64,000 bases of DNA from IMGVR_UViG_3300036944_001324:207655-271654; one strand, 5' to 3'; shown: positions 18,412 through 28,277, counted from the first letter of the stretch. A program made the numbers and translations. The notes: generated by a model from the letters alone, not told the origin.

Positions 18412-18842
18412 AGTTTGTTGACTGGTTGAAGACCAGCGTACTGCGTGTCGAAGAGCTCCATTGGATCGAGCGACCTAACTCGTTCGCCAAAACGCTCAAG
18501 AAAATCATCACGGAACAAGCCAGTGGTTACATGCGTGATGTTCACTTCCAGGTGAACCACGTGAACAACCGGACACTGATCAAGGGTTCGGCAACCATGA
18601 CGCTCTTCGACGGTGAATACACTTTCGAGGACATCGTCTATTTTGATGGTGTGCTCGGTAGGACGAGCTTACACATGACCATCAAATGCGAAGCCATTTA
18701 CCACGGAGTGATACCGTCGATGAATGTGAAGCTTCGTGTGAACGACAAGGTTTTCAGTGGTGTAGTGGGTCTTACCATGCGTTTCAAACGCGGGCTTGAT
18801 GTACTGCATTTGAAACATTCTCGAAATAGCACTTCCCACTAA
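18402..18842 (+). CDS. hypothetical protein
   Basis: coupled ORF followed by terminator. Confidence 0.65.
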   Translation: MWLKFVDWLKTSVLRVEELHWIERPNSFAKTLKKIITEQASGYMRDVHFQVNHVNNRTLIKGSATMTLFDGEYTFEDIVYFDGVLGRTSLHMTIKCEAIYHGVIPSMNVKLRVNDKVFSGVVGLTMRFKRGLDVLHLKHSRNSTSH

Positions 18843-18854
18843 CCTAAAGCAATC

Positions 18855-18890
18855 AGGAGAGGCTATCTGCGGCCTCTCCTTTTATGCCGA
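18855..18890 (+). terminator. hairpin terminator
   Basis: AGGAGAGGC...GCCTCTCCT TTATGCCG. Confidence 0.75.
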
Positions 18891-18911
18891 CTACAAAGAA
18901 AGGCTAACGCC

Positions 18912-19418
18912 ATGCACAACTTCCTGAACTTTCCTCGTCTGGTTTTCGACGCTGTTTTCAGCAACAACCTTAAAGACGACAAACCAGGTTACTGGACAAC
19001 CACCAAGATGGGTGTAGTGACGATGGATGTCACTAACGAGGATTTCTTGGCATCTCTGAAAAAACAGTTGATCCAAAAAGAGCTCATCGACCATGAACAA
19101 TCGGTTAACGTCGAATACTCATTCCTCAGTAGTGAACAAGCGGTTGTCAAGCCAGACGTCGGGCCTGAAAACTTCAGATGGTCAGGCTTCATTCGACTGG
19201 ACATTCGGGCCGGCGGTAAGTACGCTACTATCACGTTCTTACCGGGATTAGATGTAGCGGTGAACGTTCCGTTCTATTATCACTGGTTCCACGAGGGGGT
19301 AGTCACTGGTGACACATGTCTTTACTTCGGACAAGAGGACATGGATGATCCAGAAGAGCTGCGGGCTTTACTGGCAGAACACATCGCCCATTACATCGCG
19401 CAATCTCACGACGTATAA
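18912..19418 (+). CDS. hypothetical protein, LDIRAGG family member 1
   Basis: FIRLDIRAGGKYATITF. Confidence 0.7.
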   Translation: MHNFLNFPRLVFDAVFSNNLKDDKPGYWTTTKMGVVTMDVTNEDFLASLKKQLIQKELIDHEQSVNVEYSFLSSEQAVVKPDVGPENFRWSGFIRLDIRAGGKYATITFLPGLDVAVNVPFYYHWFHEGVVTGDTCLYFGQEDMDDPEELRALLAEHIAHYIAQSHDV

Positions 19419-19423
19419 AAATC

Positions 19424-19906
19424 ATGAATCAAGAAGCATTGAATAAACTCACTCCTGGTTTCTTCTTCCAGCGTTTTCTTCAGGACATCGATCCTGATAA
19501 ACAAACTCCCACAACTCGGCACTGCACGAGACTGATGACTGCTCAAGTCACCGAACCGTTTTTTCTGAACGAACTCAGGACCAAGATTAACGCCAGAAGT
19601 AAGACGCCAGTAGGTGCACTGGAAGTCGGGTTTACTTTCTACGATGTTCCTACGGAAACTCCGTTTTGTGAAAACGGTGGATTTGTCATTTCTGTAAGAG
19701 TGAATAACAAGTACGCCATGCTTAGTTTTTCTTCAAACATGGACTGGTACGATCATTCGTTAGGGAATTTGAAATCTGAACCTAGTTTCGCAATTATGCG
19801 ATATGACTTAGTTACTGACGACCCTAACAGGCTTCGTTCCAAGCTAGCTGAATACATTGCTACTCATTTGGTGGAGTATGTCTTTATTGATTGGGTGCAA
19901 TCATGA
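19424..19906 (+). CDS. hypothetical protein, LDIRAGG family member 2 (divergent)
   Basis: FVISVRVNNKYAMLSF. Confidence 0.65.
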   Translation: MNQEALNKLTPGFFFQRFLQDIDPDKQTPTTRHCTRLMTAQVTEPFFLNELRTKINARSKTPVGALEVGFTFYDVPTETPFCENGGFVISVRVNNKYAMLSFSSNMDWYDHSLGNLKSEPSFAIMRYDLVTDDPNRLRSKLAEYIATHLVEYVFIDWVQS

Positions 19907-20118
19907 CTTTTCACTACACCTACAACGAGATCAATGTCCAACGTCACGACGTTGGTTTCATCGTCAAACAAGTCAAGTCTGTTTTGGCCAGTAAACGTGT
20001 CCGATCCATCTGTCTGAACCAGCTGCCGGACGACAACGGCCAGTTGTACACCACTGAGCAAGCTTCGAGAATCATTGACGCCGTCGTTAACGATTCACTT
20101 TACTACCACTACCCGTAA
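19903..20118 (+). CDS. small hypothetical protein
   Basis: ATGA coupling. Confidence 0.6.
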   Translation: MTFHYTYNEINVQRHDVGFIVKQVKSVLASKRVRSICLNQLPDDNGQLYTTEQASRIIDAVVNDSLYYHYP

Positions 20119-20128
20119 AAGACAAATC

Positions 20129-20596
20129 ATGAACAACGAATTCAACTACGCTGCGCAATTTCACAGGCTGTTTCTGCATGATCCTGATGTTGCTCTGGTC
20201 GGTCACACTTCAGTGATGGGTGTGCGGTCTGTTCCCGTGACCAGTGAAATGATCGTCTCGAAACTCCAAAAGAAACTGGTTGATCTGAAAGTGATCAAAC
20301 CTGAAGACACAGTCCAAATGGAGCTGTCCTACTTCGACCATCGCTACACCGCTGTCACGCCCGAGAAATTCGAAGAAGGTGGTGGAATGGTGCTGGATAT
20401 TCGTGCCGGTGGTATTTATCACACTTTCAAGTTTAACCCACGTCAAGAGCATGATCGTGATTTTGTGTTCTGGTGTTTGCGCAGGCGGCTGGACGCTGAT
20501 CCAATGGAGATCGAACTCAACAAAATGCACAACGCCGATCGCGAATCAATGCACGAAAGCATTGTCAATTTGATCGTCGAGTATTTCACCGATTGA
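20129..20596 (+). CDS. hypothetical protein, LDIRAGG family member 3
   Basis: MVLDIRAGGIYHTFKF. Confidence 0.7.
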   Translation: MNNEFNYAAQFHRLFLHDPDVALVGHTSVMGVRSVPVTSEMIVSKLQKKLVDLKVIKPEDTVQMELSYFDHRYTAVTPEKFEEGGGMVLDIRAGGIYHTFKFNPRQEHDRDFVFWCLRRRLDADPMEIELNKMHNADRESMHESIVNLIVEYFTD

Positions 20597-20603
20597 AAAA
20601 CAA

Positions 20604-22676
20604 ATGACAAACGAAGAACAAGAGTATCTCAAGATCAACGAGAAGCTGCGTGAGGCCGCGCCAGCGTACTACGTTGAAGACAAGCCCATCATGACCGATG
20701 CCGAATACGATCAATTGATCGTTCGTGCTCGCGAATTGGAAAAGCGTGTTGATAAAGCGATCGTCGATGCTGAACGCCTGAAGGGTACGCCACTGTACGA
20801 CGTGGTTGGATCTGTTGCCAAGGGTCTTAAGCCTGCTAAGCATGAGACACCTATGCTCAGTTTGCGTACTGAGACGAATACTTCCGATGAACCCATCCGT
20901 AATTTCCTGCTGAAAGTGGGAAAGCGGCTGGACGAACTTGGTTTTCCACCGAATTGTACCAGTTACTGTGCTGAGTACAAATTTGACGGACTGGCTTTGA
21001 GCCTCAAGTACAGGGATGGAAAACTTCTCCGTGCAGTTACCCGTGGCGACGGTTACGAAGGTGAAAACGTTACGCATAACGCTCTCGTCGTTAAAGGCAT
21101 ACCTACGACTATCGGTCTGAAGCGGGATCTGGAAGTTCGTGGTGAAGTGATGATGACTAAAGAGATGTTTGCTAGTTTGAATAAGCAAGCATTGATAAGC
21201 GGAAGTCGTGTCTTTGTAAACCCGCGTAACGCTGCCGCTGGTTCCATGCGACTTCTCGATTCGAATGAATGCAAACGACGCGGACTAATCTTTGTTGCTT
21301 ACAGCGCCATAGGGCCTGCGGTTGATATGGAAACCGACAGCCATCTCTATCGCATATTGACCTTGGAAAACCTGGGTTTTGAAATCGGGCTTACACCTCT
21401 ACGTACTAAAACACCAGAGCGACTAGCGGAGTTCTACCAAAAGACTCTCAATGAACGGACCACAATACCGTTTGAAATCGATGGGGTAGTCTACAAAGTC
21501 GACTCTATCGAGCAACAAGAAAAGCTTGGTGTCATCGGTAAAGAACCTGTCTGGGCAATTGCTCACAAGTTCCCACCGGAGGAAGCCACCACCAGACTCG
21601 AGAGCATCGACATCCAAGTCGGGCGCACTGGCAAGTTCACTCCCGTCGCCAAGTTGAAGCCTATCTTCGTGGGTGGCGTTACTGTATCGAGCGTGACGCT
21701 CAGTAACATCTTCGACGTGCGTCGCAAGGACATCCGTCCAGGCGATACGGTGTTCGTTCGTCGTGCTGGTGACGTGATCCCTGAGATCACGACACGAGCC
21801 AACCGTAAGCGTGATGGTTACGTTCCTAACTTCCAGATGCCTCCCCAGTGTCCGGTTTGCGGCGGACTTGCTATCCGTTTCAAAGGCGAAAGCAACTACC
21901 AATGCACCAACAAGTACGAGTGTCCGGCGCAACTCTCTGGCTCCATCTTGCATTACGTCAGTCGTGCCTGTATGGACATCGAGGGTTTTGGTGAAGAGAC
22001 GGTTGACCTGTTGACGAAAGAAGGCTACGTGCGTTCATTCGTTGACTTGTACCGCTTGACACCACAGATCCTTACAGAAGTAGGATTGGGTCCGAAGAAA
22101 GGACAGAACCTGCTCGACGCCATCGATGGTTCTCGTGTGAACTCTCTAGCTCGTTTCATCTACGGGCTGGGTATTCGCTATGTGGGTGCCAACACTTCCA
22201 AGATTCTTGCTAATCGTTTCAAGACGATCGGTGCGCTCTTTGAAGCCAAGCGGGAAGAACTCATCAACCTGCCTGACATGGGGCCCGTTACAACGGACTC
22301 CGTGGTTTCCTACATCGGCAACGCGCACAGGCGAGCGTTGGTGTTTGAGACCATTGCGGTGGGTAAGTTGATTCTGACCACCGTAGAGCAACCTCCAAAG
22401 CCCGTAGGACCGCTCACAGGCCAATCTTTCGTGGTGTCTGGACGGTTGACACACTACGAAGCGATAGAGCCTTCTAAGACCCGTGAAGCCTTCATTGATG
22501 TTTTGGAGGATCTGGGTGCTTCTGTCACCGATAAGGTGAATAAAGATACAACGGCACTTATCATAGGTGAGAAACCTTCGAGCAAGTTAGCCAAAGCGAA
22601 AGCTCTGGGCATCCGTGTTATGACAGACAAGGAAGCCATGGAACAGTTCATGAACCTGGAAGTCTCCACGTTCTAA
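20604..22676 (+). CDS. ligA: NAD-dependent DNA ligase
   Basis: domain Ia (YY...TDAEYD), KFDG motif I, EVRGEV, NPRNAAAGS, DGVVYK, QVGRTG, Zn finger CPVC...C...C, HhH, BRCT. Confidence 0.97.
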   Translation: MTNEEQEYLKINEKLREAAPAYYVEDKPIMTDAEYDQLIVRARELEKRVDKAIVDAERLKGTPLYDVVGSVAKGLKPAKHETPMLSLRTETNTSDEPIRNFLLKVGKRLDELGFPPNCTSYCAEYKFDGLALSLKYRDGKLLRAVTRGDGYEGENVTHNALVVKGIPTTIGLKRDLEVRGEVMMTKEMFASLNKQALISGSRVFVNPRNAAAGSMRLLDSNECKRRGLIFVAYSAIGPAVDMETDSHLYRILTLENLGFEIGLTPLRTKTPERLAEFYQKTLNERTTIPFEIDGVVYKVDSIEQQEKLGVIGKEPVWAIAHKFPPEEATTRLESIDIQVGRTGKFTPVAKLKPIFVGGVTVSSVTLSNIFDVRRKDIRPGDTVFVRRAGDVIPEITTRANRKRDGYVPNFQMPPQCPVCGGLAIRFKGESNYQCTNKYECPAQLSGSILHYVSRACMDIEGFGEETVDLLTKEGYVRSFVDLYRLTPQILTEVGLGPKKGQNLLDAIDGSRVNSLARFIYGLGIRYVGANTSKILANRFKTIGALFEAKREELINLPDMGPVTTDSVVSYIGNAHRRALVFETIAVGKLILTTVEQPPKPVGPLTGQSFVVSGRLTHYEAIEPSKTREAFIDVLEDLGASVTDKVNKDTTALIIGEKPSSKLAKAKALGIRVMTDKEAMEQFMNLEVSTF

Positions 22677-22680
22677 ACGT

Positions 22681-22718
22681 CATATCGCCAGCAGCTTATC
22701 GGGCTGCTGGCTTTTTCT
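22681..22718 (+). terminator. hairpin terminator
   Basis: CATAT GCCAGCAGC...GCTGCTGGC TTTTT. Confidence 0.75.
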
Positions 22719-22753
22719 ATCTCTCTCCAACCAAAGCAAAGGAAACTATCATC

Positions 22754-23860
22754 ATGGAAACCAACATCATCACCACCGCAGGACATATGGCTCTGGATGC
22801 AGCCATGGAGCATGTTGCGGAACACCACCCAGTTCGCACCGGTCCTGTCACGGACGCAACCATTAAGTCTGAGACCATCATCAAAAAGGCAACGCCCCAC
22901 GTGGCGATTGCTTACAACCCCTATTCGCTCGACAGCCTGATGGGTGCGGCGCAAGCCATTTTCCATCCAGACTACCACAAGGCAAGGCTGGTTCCTTACA
23001 ACCAGTTCGCATCGACCGACACGCTGATGAACTACACCAAGATCCTGTTCGTTGGTGTGGAAATCACGCAACTGGATTTCGCCGCCCTGATGTCTGGTAC
23101 GCAGATGAGTGTGCAGTTGGTCGCTTACCGTGACAGCTATTCCTGGATGGACGAGAAGTCCCTCAAGAAACTGGGCGACCGTGTAACGTTCTTGCGTCCC
23201 AGTGACGAGTTTGTCAACGAACTGTTGGCCCGTACTGATAACACGGCGACAAAGATCGTTCAGTTCTGGGTGGACAAGTCCGGTGAAGGCCGGGTGCCGG
23301 GCGTTCTGTACAACCTGACGTCGTTGGTATCACGGATGGTGAGCCAAAGCTATCCTATCCTTTCGTTCCATGTGGACCTCAATGAAGGTACGATGGAATC
23401 CGAAGAAGAGATGTCCAACAAGGCACGCATTCACGATGCGGTTGCCAAGCTGCGCACAGCTCTGGGATCGGTAGAGCCCATGAACGAAGTCCTCGGCCTG
23501 ACTTTCAAGGCCGATGTCGACGCTTACCTGTCGCACTTTCGCCATGTCCGCTACACGCTCACGCGTTCACTGCGGATGATGGCGTTTCGTCAGGCTACTG
23601 GTGCGTTGTCGTCTACCGTGATCGAGTTGCCAGTCGTCCCAGCCAGTGAGATGACGCACAGCGACATTTTGCACGCTGCTTTGCAACACTATAAGGAAGT
23701 GGTGACTTATGAAGATGTTCGTGAGTATCGCATCTGGCGCATTTATTCGGAGAAAGCGCAAGACCGTCAAAAGCTCGTGCACATCTTCAAGCCTGTGATG
23801 GTGTGGAGTGAAGGCGCTGTGCTTTGTGCGCTGACACACACCACTACGTCAACTGCGTGA
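22754..23860 (+). CDS. hypothetical protein, possibly catalytically dead DHH-like
   Basis: N-terminal strand/helix pattern aligns by eye with 47446..48525 but lacks the DHH residues. Confidence 0.5.
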   Translation: METNIITTAGHMALDAAMEHVAEHHPVRTGPVTDATIKSETIIKKATPHVAIAYNPYSLDSLMGAAQAIFHPDYHKARLVPYNQFASTDTLMNYTKILFVGVEITQLDFAALMSGTQMSVQLVAYRDSYSWMDEKSLKKLGDRVTFLRPSDEFVNELLARTDNTATKIVQFWVDKSGEGRVPGVLYNLTSLVSRMVSQSYPILSFHVDLNEGTMESEEEMSNKARIHDAVAKLRTALGSVEPMNEVLGLTFKADVDAYLSHFRHVRYTLTRSLRMMAFRQATGALSSTVIELPVVPASEMTHSDILHAALQHYKEVVTYEDVREYRIWRIYSEKAQDRQKLVHIFKPVMVWSEGAVLCALTHTTTSTA

Positions 23861-23915
23861 TTGTTGCAAGGGGGTTACTCCCCTTGCACGTTACGACTTA
23901 CTTGGATAAAATAAA

Positions 23916-24500
23916 ATGCAACCTAATTTGATGAATCTGAGTAACGATCAAACGTGCCGACTCTTCACCGGCATTATGAGTGAAGGCGCTGCTCAAGACC
24001 CCGGCTTGGTTCATTCCATGGCTGACTTCTTCTGGAAGACCACCGATAACTACCAAATGTTCTCAGGTGGGGTGTACTTTCGGGATGTGGTTGGTAATGC
24101 GTTGTGCTCCAGCTTTGCTATCAGTGTTCTCAAGAACACCATGCTGATCACCAATTGTCACTTTGTTGATCCCTTAGAGCTCCCAACTCCCACCGGCGTG
24201 GTGACCATTGACCATCGGATGGTGCCTTGCTTTTTGGAAAAGCGACATGAAGAAGATCCCCGCACTGCAACGCGGATTTACTTCAACCCAGAAAGCAAGC
24301 ATTTCGTATCGGTGAACATTGTCTACGAAGGTGATGCTGCACCAGGGCCTTTTTCAGACACTGCTAAATTCAAGTTCTATCGGGTCTATCCAGCGTGCAT
24401 CCATGCACCTTACGAGATCTTCGAGGTCCTGTCTACGTTACTGTGTCCCGATATTGAACCACCTGAAATCTTGCAGTCCATGTATCGACCCCTTCACTGA
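23916..24500 (+). CDS. hypothetical protein
   Basis: 194-aa ORF. Confidence 0.65.
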   Translation: MQPNLMNLSNDQTCRLFTGIMSEGAAQDPGLVHSMADFFWKTTDNYQMFSGGVYFRDVVGNALCSSFAISVLKNTMLITNCHFVDPLELPTPTGVVTIDHRMVPCFLEKRHEEDPRTATRIYFNPESKHFVSVNIVYEGDAAPGPFSDTAKFKFYRVYPACIHAPYEIFEVLSTLLCPDIEPPEILQSMYRPLH

Positions 24501-24625
24501 TGTTATTTGAGTAGTCATGCACGGCGAAACAGGAAGAATCCTTTGACTCTTTCATACCCAACTACTTGCTCCTTCAATGGGGTGAGTAGTTGGGTTATTC
24601 CCTGTTTCTTTTTTGGTCCTCAATA

Positions 24626-25828
24626 ATGCCTTATCCAACCCCCAACTATAGCTTGGCCGTTATGGCTAAGACGGCGATTCAGTTCTTTGAACAGAATACC
24701 GTACTGGCCGATTTGCAAATTGGTCAAGAGACTGACACCAAACGTTTCAAAATTGGTGATGGTGTCACTGCGTGGAATACGCTCCCCTACGCTGTACAGG
24801 GCAACGAGAACAGCATCTGGGTAGGGTTGTCTCCTGATGTAGGCAACCTGCTGGAGCTCACGCTCGCTCGCAATGGCTTCTACCTGAACCCAGTTACGTT
24901 CGACGGCACGACGGTGCTCAACCAATCCATCGATGGAACGCTGACAGACATCACGCCGTACTTGACGGCTAACCAACAGCTGGCTGGCTTCGTAGCGGCT
25001 GGTTTGATGATTCGCAAAGTCGTCCTGGCTCTGGGTGCTGACTGGAATCTGAATACCACTGACCCCATTCCCGCAACAACCGTCACGCAAGCCATTGACT
25101 CCGTCTCTGATGCTTTGACTTCGCTTGCGGGAACTGTTAGTGGTTTGATCAACGACTCTGCTGTTAGCGCTTCGACCACCTACTCTTCGACCAAGATCGG
25201 TACGCTGGTAAATGATGCCATCGCTGCGATCATTGGTGCCGCACCTGAAGCTCTGAACACAGTCTACGAACTAGCTGCCGCTCTCGGTAACAATCCCGAT
25301 CTGGTGACGAACATCGTTACTGAGTTGGGACAGACTGTGAAGATCACAGCGCAAACCCTGACGGCCCCGCAACAAGCCCAGGCTCGAACCAATATCGGCG
25401 CAGCTTCTGCAGCTGATCTGGGTAGCCCGGATGAGAACACTTTGACTCTGGAAGCAAAGTACCTGTACGAAAAGTCAATCGCTACAGGCGGTATCGAGAT
25501 CACAATCGAACCCAATCCATTGGTCATTGTGAAGACCGCTCCATTTGTGGCTAAAGTCATCTCTGATGGAAGTGTTCATCGAGAAGGTATTTACGCACTG
25601 GATACTTCTGGCGGGTCCTTCATCACACAAATGCCTGCAAACCCACTGCCGGGTGATGAGGTGGAATACCTCGACTACAACGGGACTTTCGATACGGGAC
25701 CTGCTGAGCTCTCTCCTAACGGGAAGAAGTTCATGGGACTTAACGAGAGTTACATTCTCAATCAAAAGAACCGAGGCCGCCGCTTCAAGTTCGTTGATGA
25801 GGACAAAGGTTGGATGCCAATGGCCTAA
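24626..25828 (+). CDS. tail fibre / virion structural protein
   Basis: Mtd_N/hyaluronidase-N-like QETDTKRFKIGDGVTAWNTLPY; fibre motifs TTYSSTKI, APEALNTVYELAAALGNNP, QQAQARTNIG. Confidence 0.8.
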   Translation: MPYPTPNYSLAVMAKTAIQFFEQNTVLADLQIGQETDTKRFKIGDGVTAWNTLPYAVQGNENSIWVGLSPDVGNLLELTLARNGFYLNPVTFDGTTVLNQSIDGTLTDITPYLTANQQLAGFVAAGLMIRKVVLALGADWNLNTTDPIPATTVTQAIDSVSDALTSLAGTVSGLINDSAVSASTTYSSTKIGTLVNDAIAAIIGAAPEALNTVYELAAALGNNPDLVTNIVTELGQTVKITAQTLTAPQQAQARTNIGAASAADLGSPDENTLTLEAKYLYEKSIATGGIEITIEPNPLVIVKTAPFVAKVISDGSVHREGIYALDTSGGSFITQMPANPLPGDEVEYLDYNGTFDTGPAELSPNGKKFMGLNESYILNQKNRGRRFKFVDEDKGWMPMA

Positions 25829-25829
25829 C

Positions 25830-25867
25830 GACATAAAGAGCCTCCCTTTTGGGAGGCTCTTATGCTG
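25830..25867. terminator. bidirectional terminator between convergent fibre genes
   Basis: GACATA AAGAGCCTCCC TTTT GGGAGGCTCTT ATGC. Confidence 0.85.
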
Positions 25868-25868
25868 C

Positions 25869-27215
25869 TTATCCACCAAACCGCATTCCGATGGGTGCTT
25901 TCATACGGACGTACTCATCGAATTGCTTCTGAAGCTTTTCATGCTTCTCTGTCAGTTCTTGGAGAGCTTTCACCAAGACAGGAACAATAGAAGATTCGTT
26001 GATCTTCAATTTCTCCAATTGACTGGTGTCAACGATCACTGGTTTGTCGCCTTCGAGTTCCAGGATGTCTTGGGCAAGCCATCCGTAACGAACTACCCCG
26101 ACACCAATGTCTGAATCACGGTTCTCGCGATAACGATAAGCGACAGGCTTGAGCTTCATCACAAAGTCAAGGCCGTGTTGAACGTCAGTGATGTCTGTCT
26201 TGTCGCGTTTGTCAGACACAATGGTCCAGGAGACCTTGACGTAAGCGTGCTCCACCGAAGAGGAACCAACCACGACACGGTTGTTCTCACTGGTCACGTC
26301 CATGACAGGGGAGTAAACACCCGCGTTGTTGACACCACCGAGGATGATGTTGCCACTACCTGTCGACAAACGAGCACCCGCAGACGAGCCCAGACCGATG
26401 TTGTTGTTGCCGCCAATCAAAGAACGAAGTGCTTGGGCACCGACAGCTGTGTTGCCGTTACCAGTACCGCTAGCGAGTAGAGCTTCGAAGCCGAAGGCTA
26501 CGTTGTAACTACCCATGTAGTTAAACCGCATGGAATGGTAACCGGACGCAACGTTACCAACACCTTGCAGGTTGTTGTGCATGGACTCTTTACCAACCGC
26601 TACGTTAAAGCGACCAGTGCTGTTGTCCCGCAATGCAAGAGAGCCAATGGCTGTGTTGTCGGAACCCGTGGTGTTGCGACCAAGGGACAAATTACCAATA
26701 GCGGTATTGTCATCACCCGTAGTCAGTTTGCCAAGAGCACCATTTCCAACAGCTGTAGTGTTGGAGGCTTCGGATGAAGATCCGATAGCGCGGGCACCAA
26801 CGGCGGTGTTGTTGTTACCGGTGGTGTTGAGTGTGAGAGCACGTGCACCCAATGCCGTATTGTTGTTCCCGGTGACGTTCAGAGTCAAACTGGAGTAGCC
26901 GAGCGAAGTGTTGTAACTGCCGGTGGTATTCTCACGAAGAGAAGCAAAACCAACCGCAGAGTTCTCTTTGCCGACGGTGGATTCTTTGAGCGCTGCGAAA
27001 CCAATAGCCGTTTGGCCATGAATGTTTATTGCCGACGACAAAGTAAAATGACCCACGGCAACGTTGCCGTCACCGAATGAGTTATTCATCAGGGCGCAGC
27101 GCCCGATAGCCGTGTTGTTGTTCCCGGTAGTCAGAGCTGCAAGGGATGCATAACCGAAGGTTGTATTTGTTCCTGCAGTTGGCGTGCTACTCGTTTGTTG
27201 ATTGCTATCAGCCAT
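25869..27215 (-). CDS. beta-helical fibre/adhesin with about 16 x 17-aa repeats and C-terminal peptidase S74 intramolecular chaperone
   Basis: NNNTAIGxxALxxNTTG repeats; SDKRDK...LKPVAYRY...GWLAQD; terminal coiled coil. Confidence 0.9.
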   Translation of the reverse strand: MADSNQQTSSTPTAGTNTTFGYASLAALTTGNNNTAIGRCALMNNSFGDGNVAVGHFTLSSAINIHGQTAIGFAALKESTVGKENSAVGFASLRENTTGSYNTSLGYSSLTLNVTGNNNTALGARALTLNTTGNNNTAVGARAIGSSSEASNTTAVGNGALGKLTTGDDNTAIGNLSLGRNTTGSDNTAIGSLALRDNSTGRFNVAVGKESMHNNLQGVGNVASGYHSMRFNYMGSYNVAFGFEALLASGTGNGNTAVGAQALRSLIGGNNNIGLGSSAGARLSTGSGNIILGGVNNAGVYSPVMDVTSENNRVVVGSSSVEHAYVKVSWTIVSDKRDKTDITDVQHGLDFVMKLKPVAYRYRENRDSDIGVGVVRYGWLAQDILELEGDKPVIVDTSQLEKLKINESSIVPVLVKALQELTEKHEKLQKQFDEYVRMKAPIGMRFGG

Positions 27216-27234
27216 TGATATTTCTCTTAATGGG

Positions 27235-27579
27235 TTAGATCAGCACTTCATCAACCAACTGGTCGAAACCGTTGTAGGTCAAGGTGAATGTGCGTTGAAC
27301 CAGCATGGTAGTTCCATCCACGTCGTAGATGGTGTCAGTGCGACGCGTGTAACGGTTGCTACCGTCTGGCAGAGAAAACACTGCTGTTTTCGCAGTGGTT
27401 CCATCAGTACGTTTCCACGTCGTGGTAACAAAGATACCATTGGCATCACGACCGGTACGGTAGACCGACAAACCATCAGTTACAACACCCAGCGAAAGGG
27501 CGTTGACTTTCTTACTGACAAGACCAACGTCTCGCCCGACGGAACCAATGCGATTCGAAAGTTCAGTCCAAAGAGACAT
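27235..27579 (-). CDS. putative fibre-associated virion protein
   Basis: co-oriented with fibre; RDANGIFVTTTWKRTDGT...TYNGFDQLVDE. Confidence 0.6.
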   Translation of the reverse strand: MSLWTELSNRIGSVGRDVGLVSKKVNALSLGVVTDGLSVYRTGRDANGIFVTTTWKRTDGTTAKTAVFSLPDGSNRYTRRTDTIYDVDGTTMLVQRTFTLTYNGFDQLVDEVLI

Positions 27580-27593
27580 GATTTATTTTTCCT

Positions 27594-28277
27594 TTACCAG
27601 ACGATGGCACGAATAGCCTCAATGGTGGCTGCTTGTGCGATTTGTTGTTTGAGGGTTTGGGCCTTGGAGAAGTTGTACAAGCCCTGCATATACATGGCAC
27701 TGTAGAACTCTGTCCAGTCCGCAAGGGTTGCTACTTGAACGTAGCTGTCATCCATGGCCTTCCAACCACCAGGCCAGCCAGGTGGAAGGGCGTTGCGCAG
27801 CAAGATGCTTCCGTTAGTTCCATCGATGTCCGAACGAGACAAAGGATCGCATGCGATCTTCTTGCCTTTGAACATGAAGAACGAATTGTTGGCAGCAAGG
27901 CGCTGCGCGTTGATTTCTTTGTCTTTGGTATTGCGAAGATCGGTCAGGTACGCATCGAGTTCTTCGAGGGTAGGTTGTCGGTTACCCCACGGATACTCAG
28001 AGGGCATCTCTGGTGGGGTTGCGATGTCTTCAACGGGTGGCAGTTCAAGAGCCAGCCAAGCGAGACCTTGTTCAATGGCATTGTTAAGGGGAGTCAAATC
28101 TTCGTTTGTCCAGATGGGGCGTGCTACCACGTTTTGCAAGTGGGTCACGTTGTTCTTGAGAGATGCAATGTCTGCTTCTGACTTGGTCTCATCCGCAAGA
28201 ATGCGGTTGATGGTCGAGACACTAAAGAGTGCCGATGTCAGTTCTTGAGCAGCACTGCGTTGAATATTGGGCAACAT
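27594..28277 (-). CDS. DUF4376-like tail fibre assembly protein
   Basis: F.FKGKKIACDPLSRSDI...WKAMDDSYV...LKQQIAQAATIEAIRAIVW. Confidence 0.75.
   Translation of the reverse strand: MLPNIQRSAAQELTSALFSVSTINRILADETKSEADIASLKNNVTHLQNVVARPIWTNEDLTPLNNAIEQGLAWLALELPPVEDIATPPEMPSEYPWGNRQPTLEELDAYLTDLRNTKDKEINAQRLAANNSFFMFKGKKIACDPLSRSDIDGTNGSILLRNALPPGWPGGWKAMDDSYVQVATLADWTEFYSAMYMQGLYNFSKAQTLKQQIAQAATIEAIRAIVW

Noticed and set aside
20604-22676. Intein or intron in ligA, helicase or nrdA
   Set aside because: Motif spacing and lengths are normal; no intein splice motifs or homing endonuclease seen.
24626-25828. Diversity-generating retroelement, prompted by the Mtd_N-like motif
   Set aside because: No reverse transcriptase and no adenine-mismatched TR/VR repeat pair seen in the window.
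25869-28277. Invertible tail-fibre segment (shufflon)
   Set aside because: No recombinase or invertase and no inverted repeats at the block boundaries recognised.
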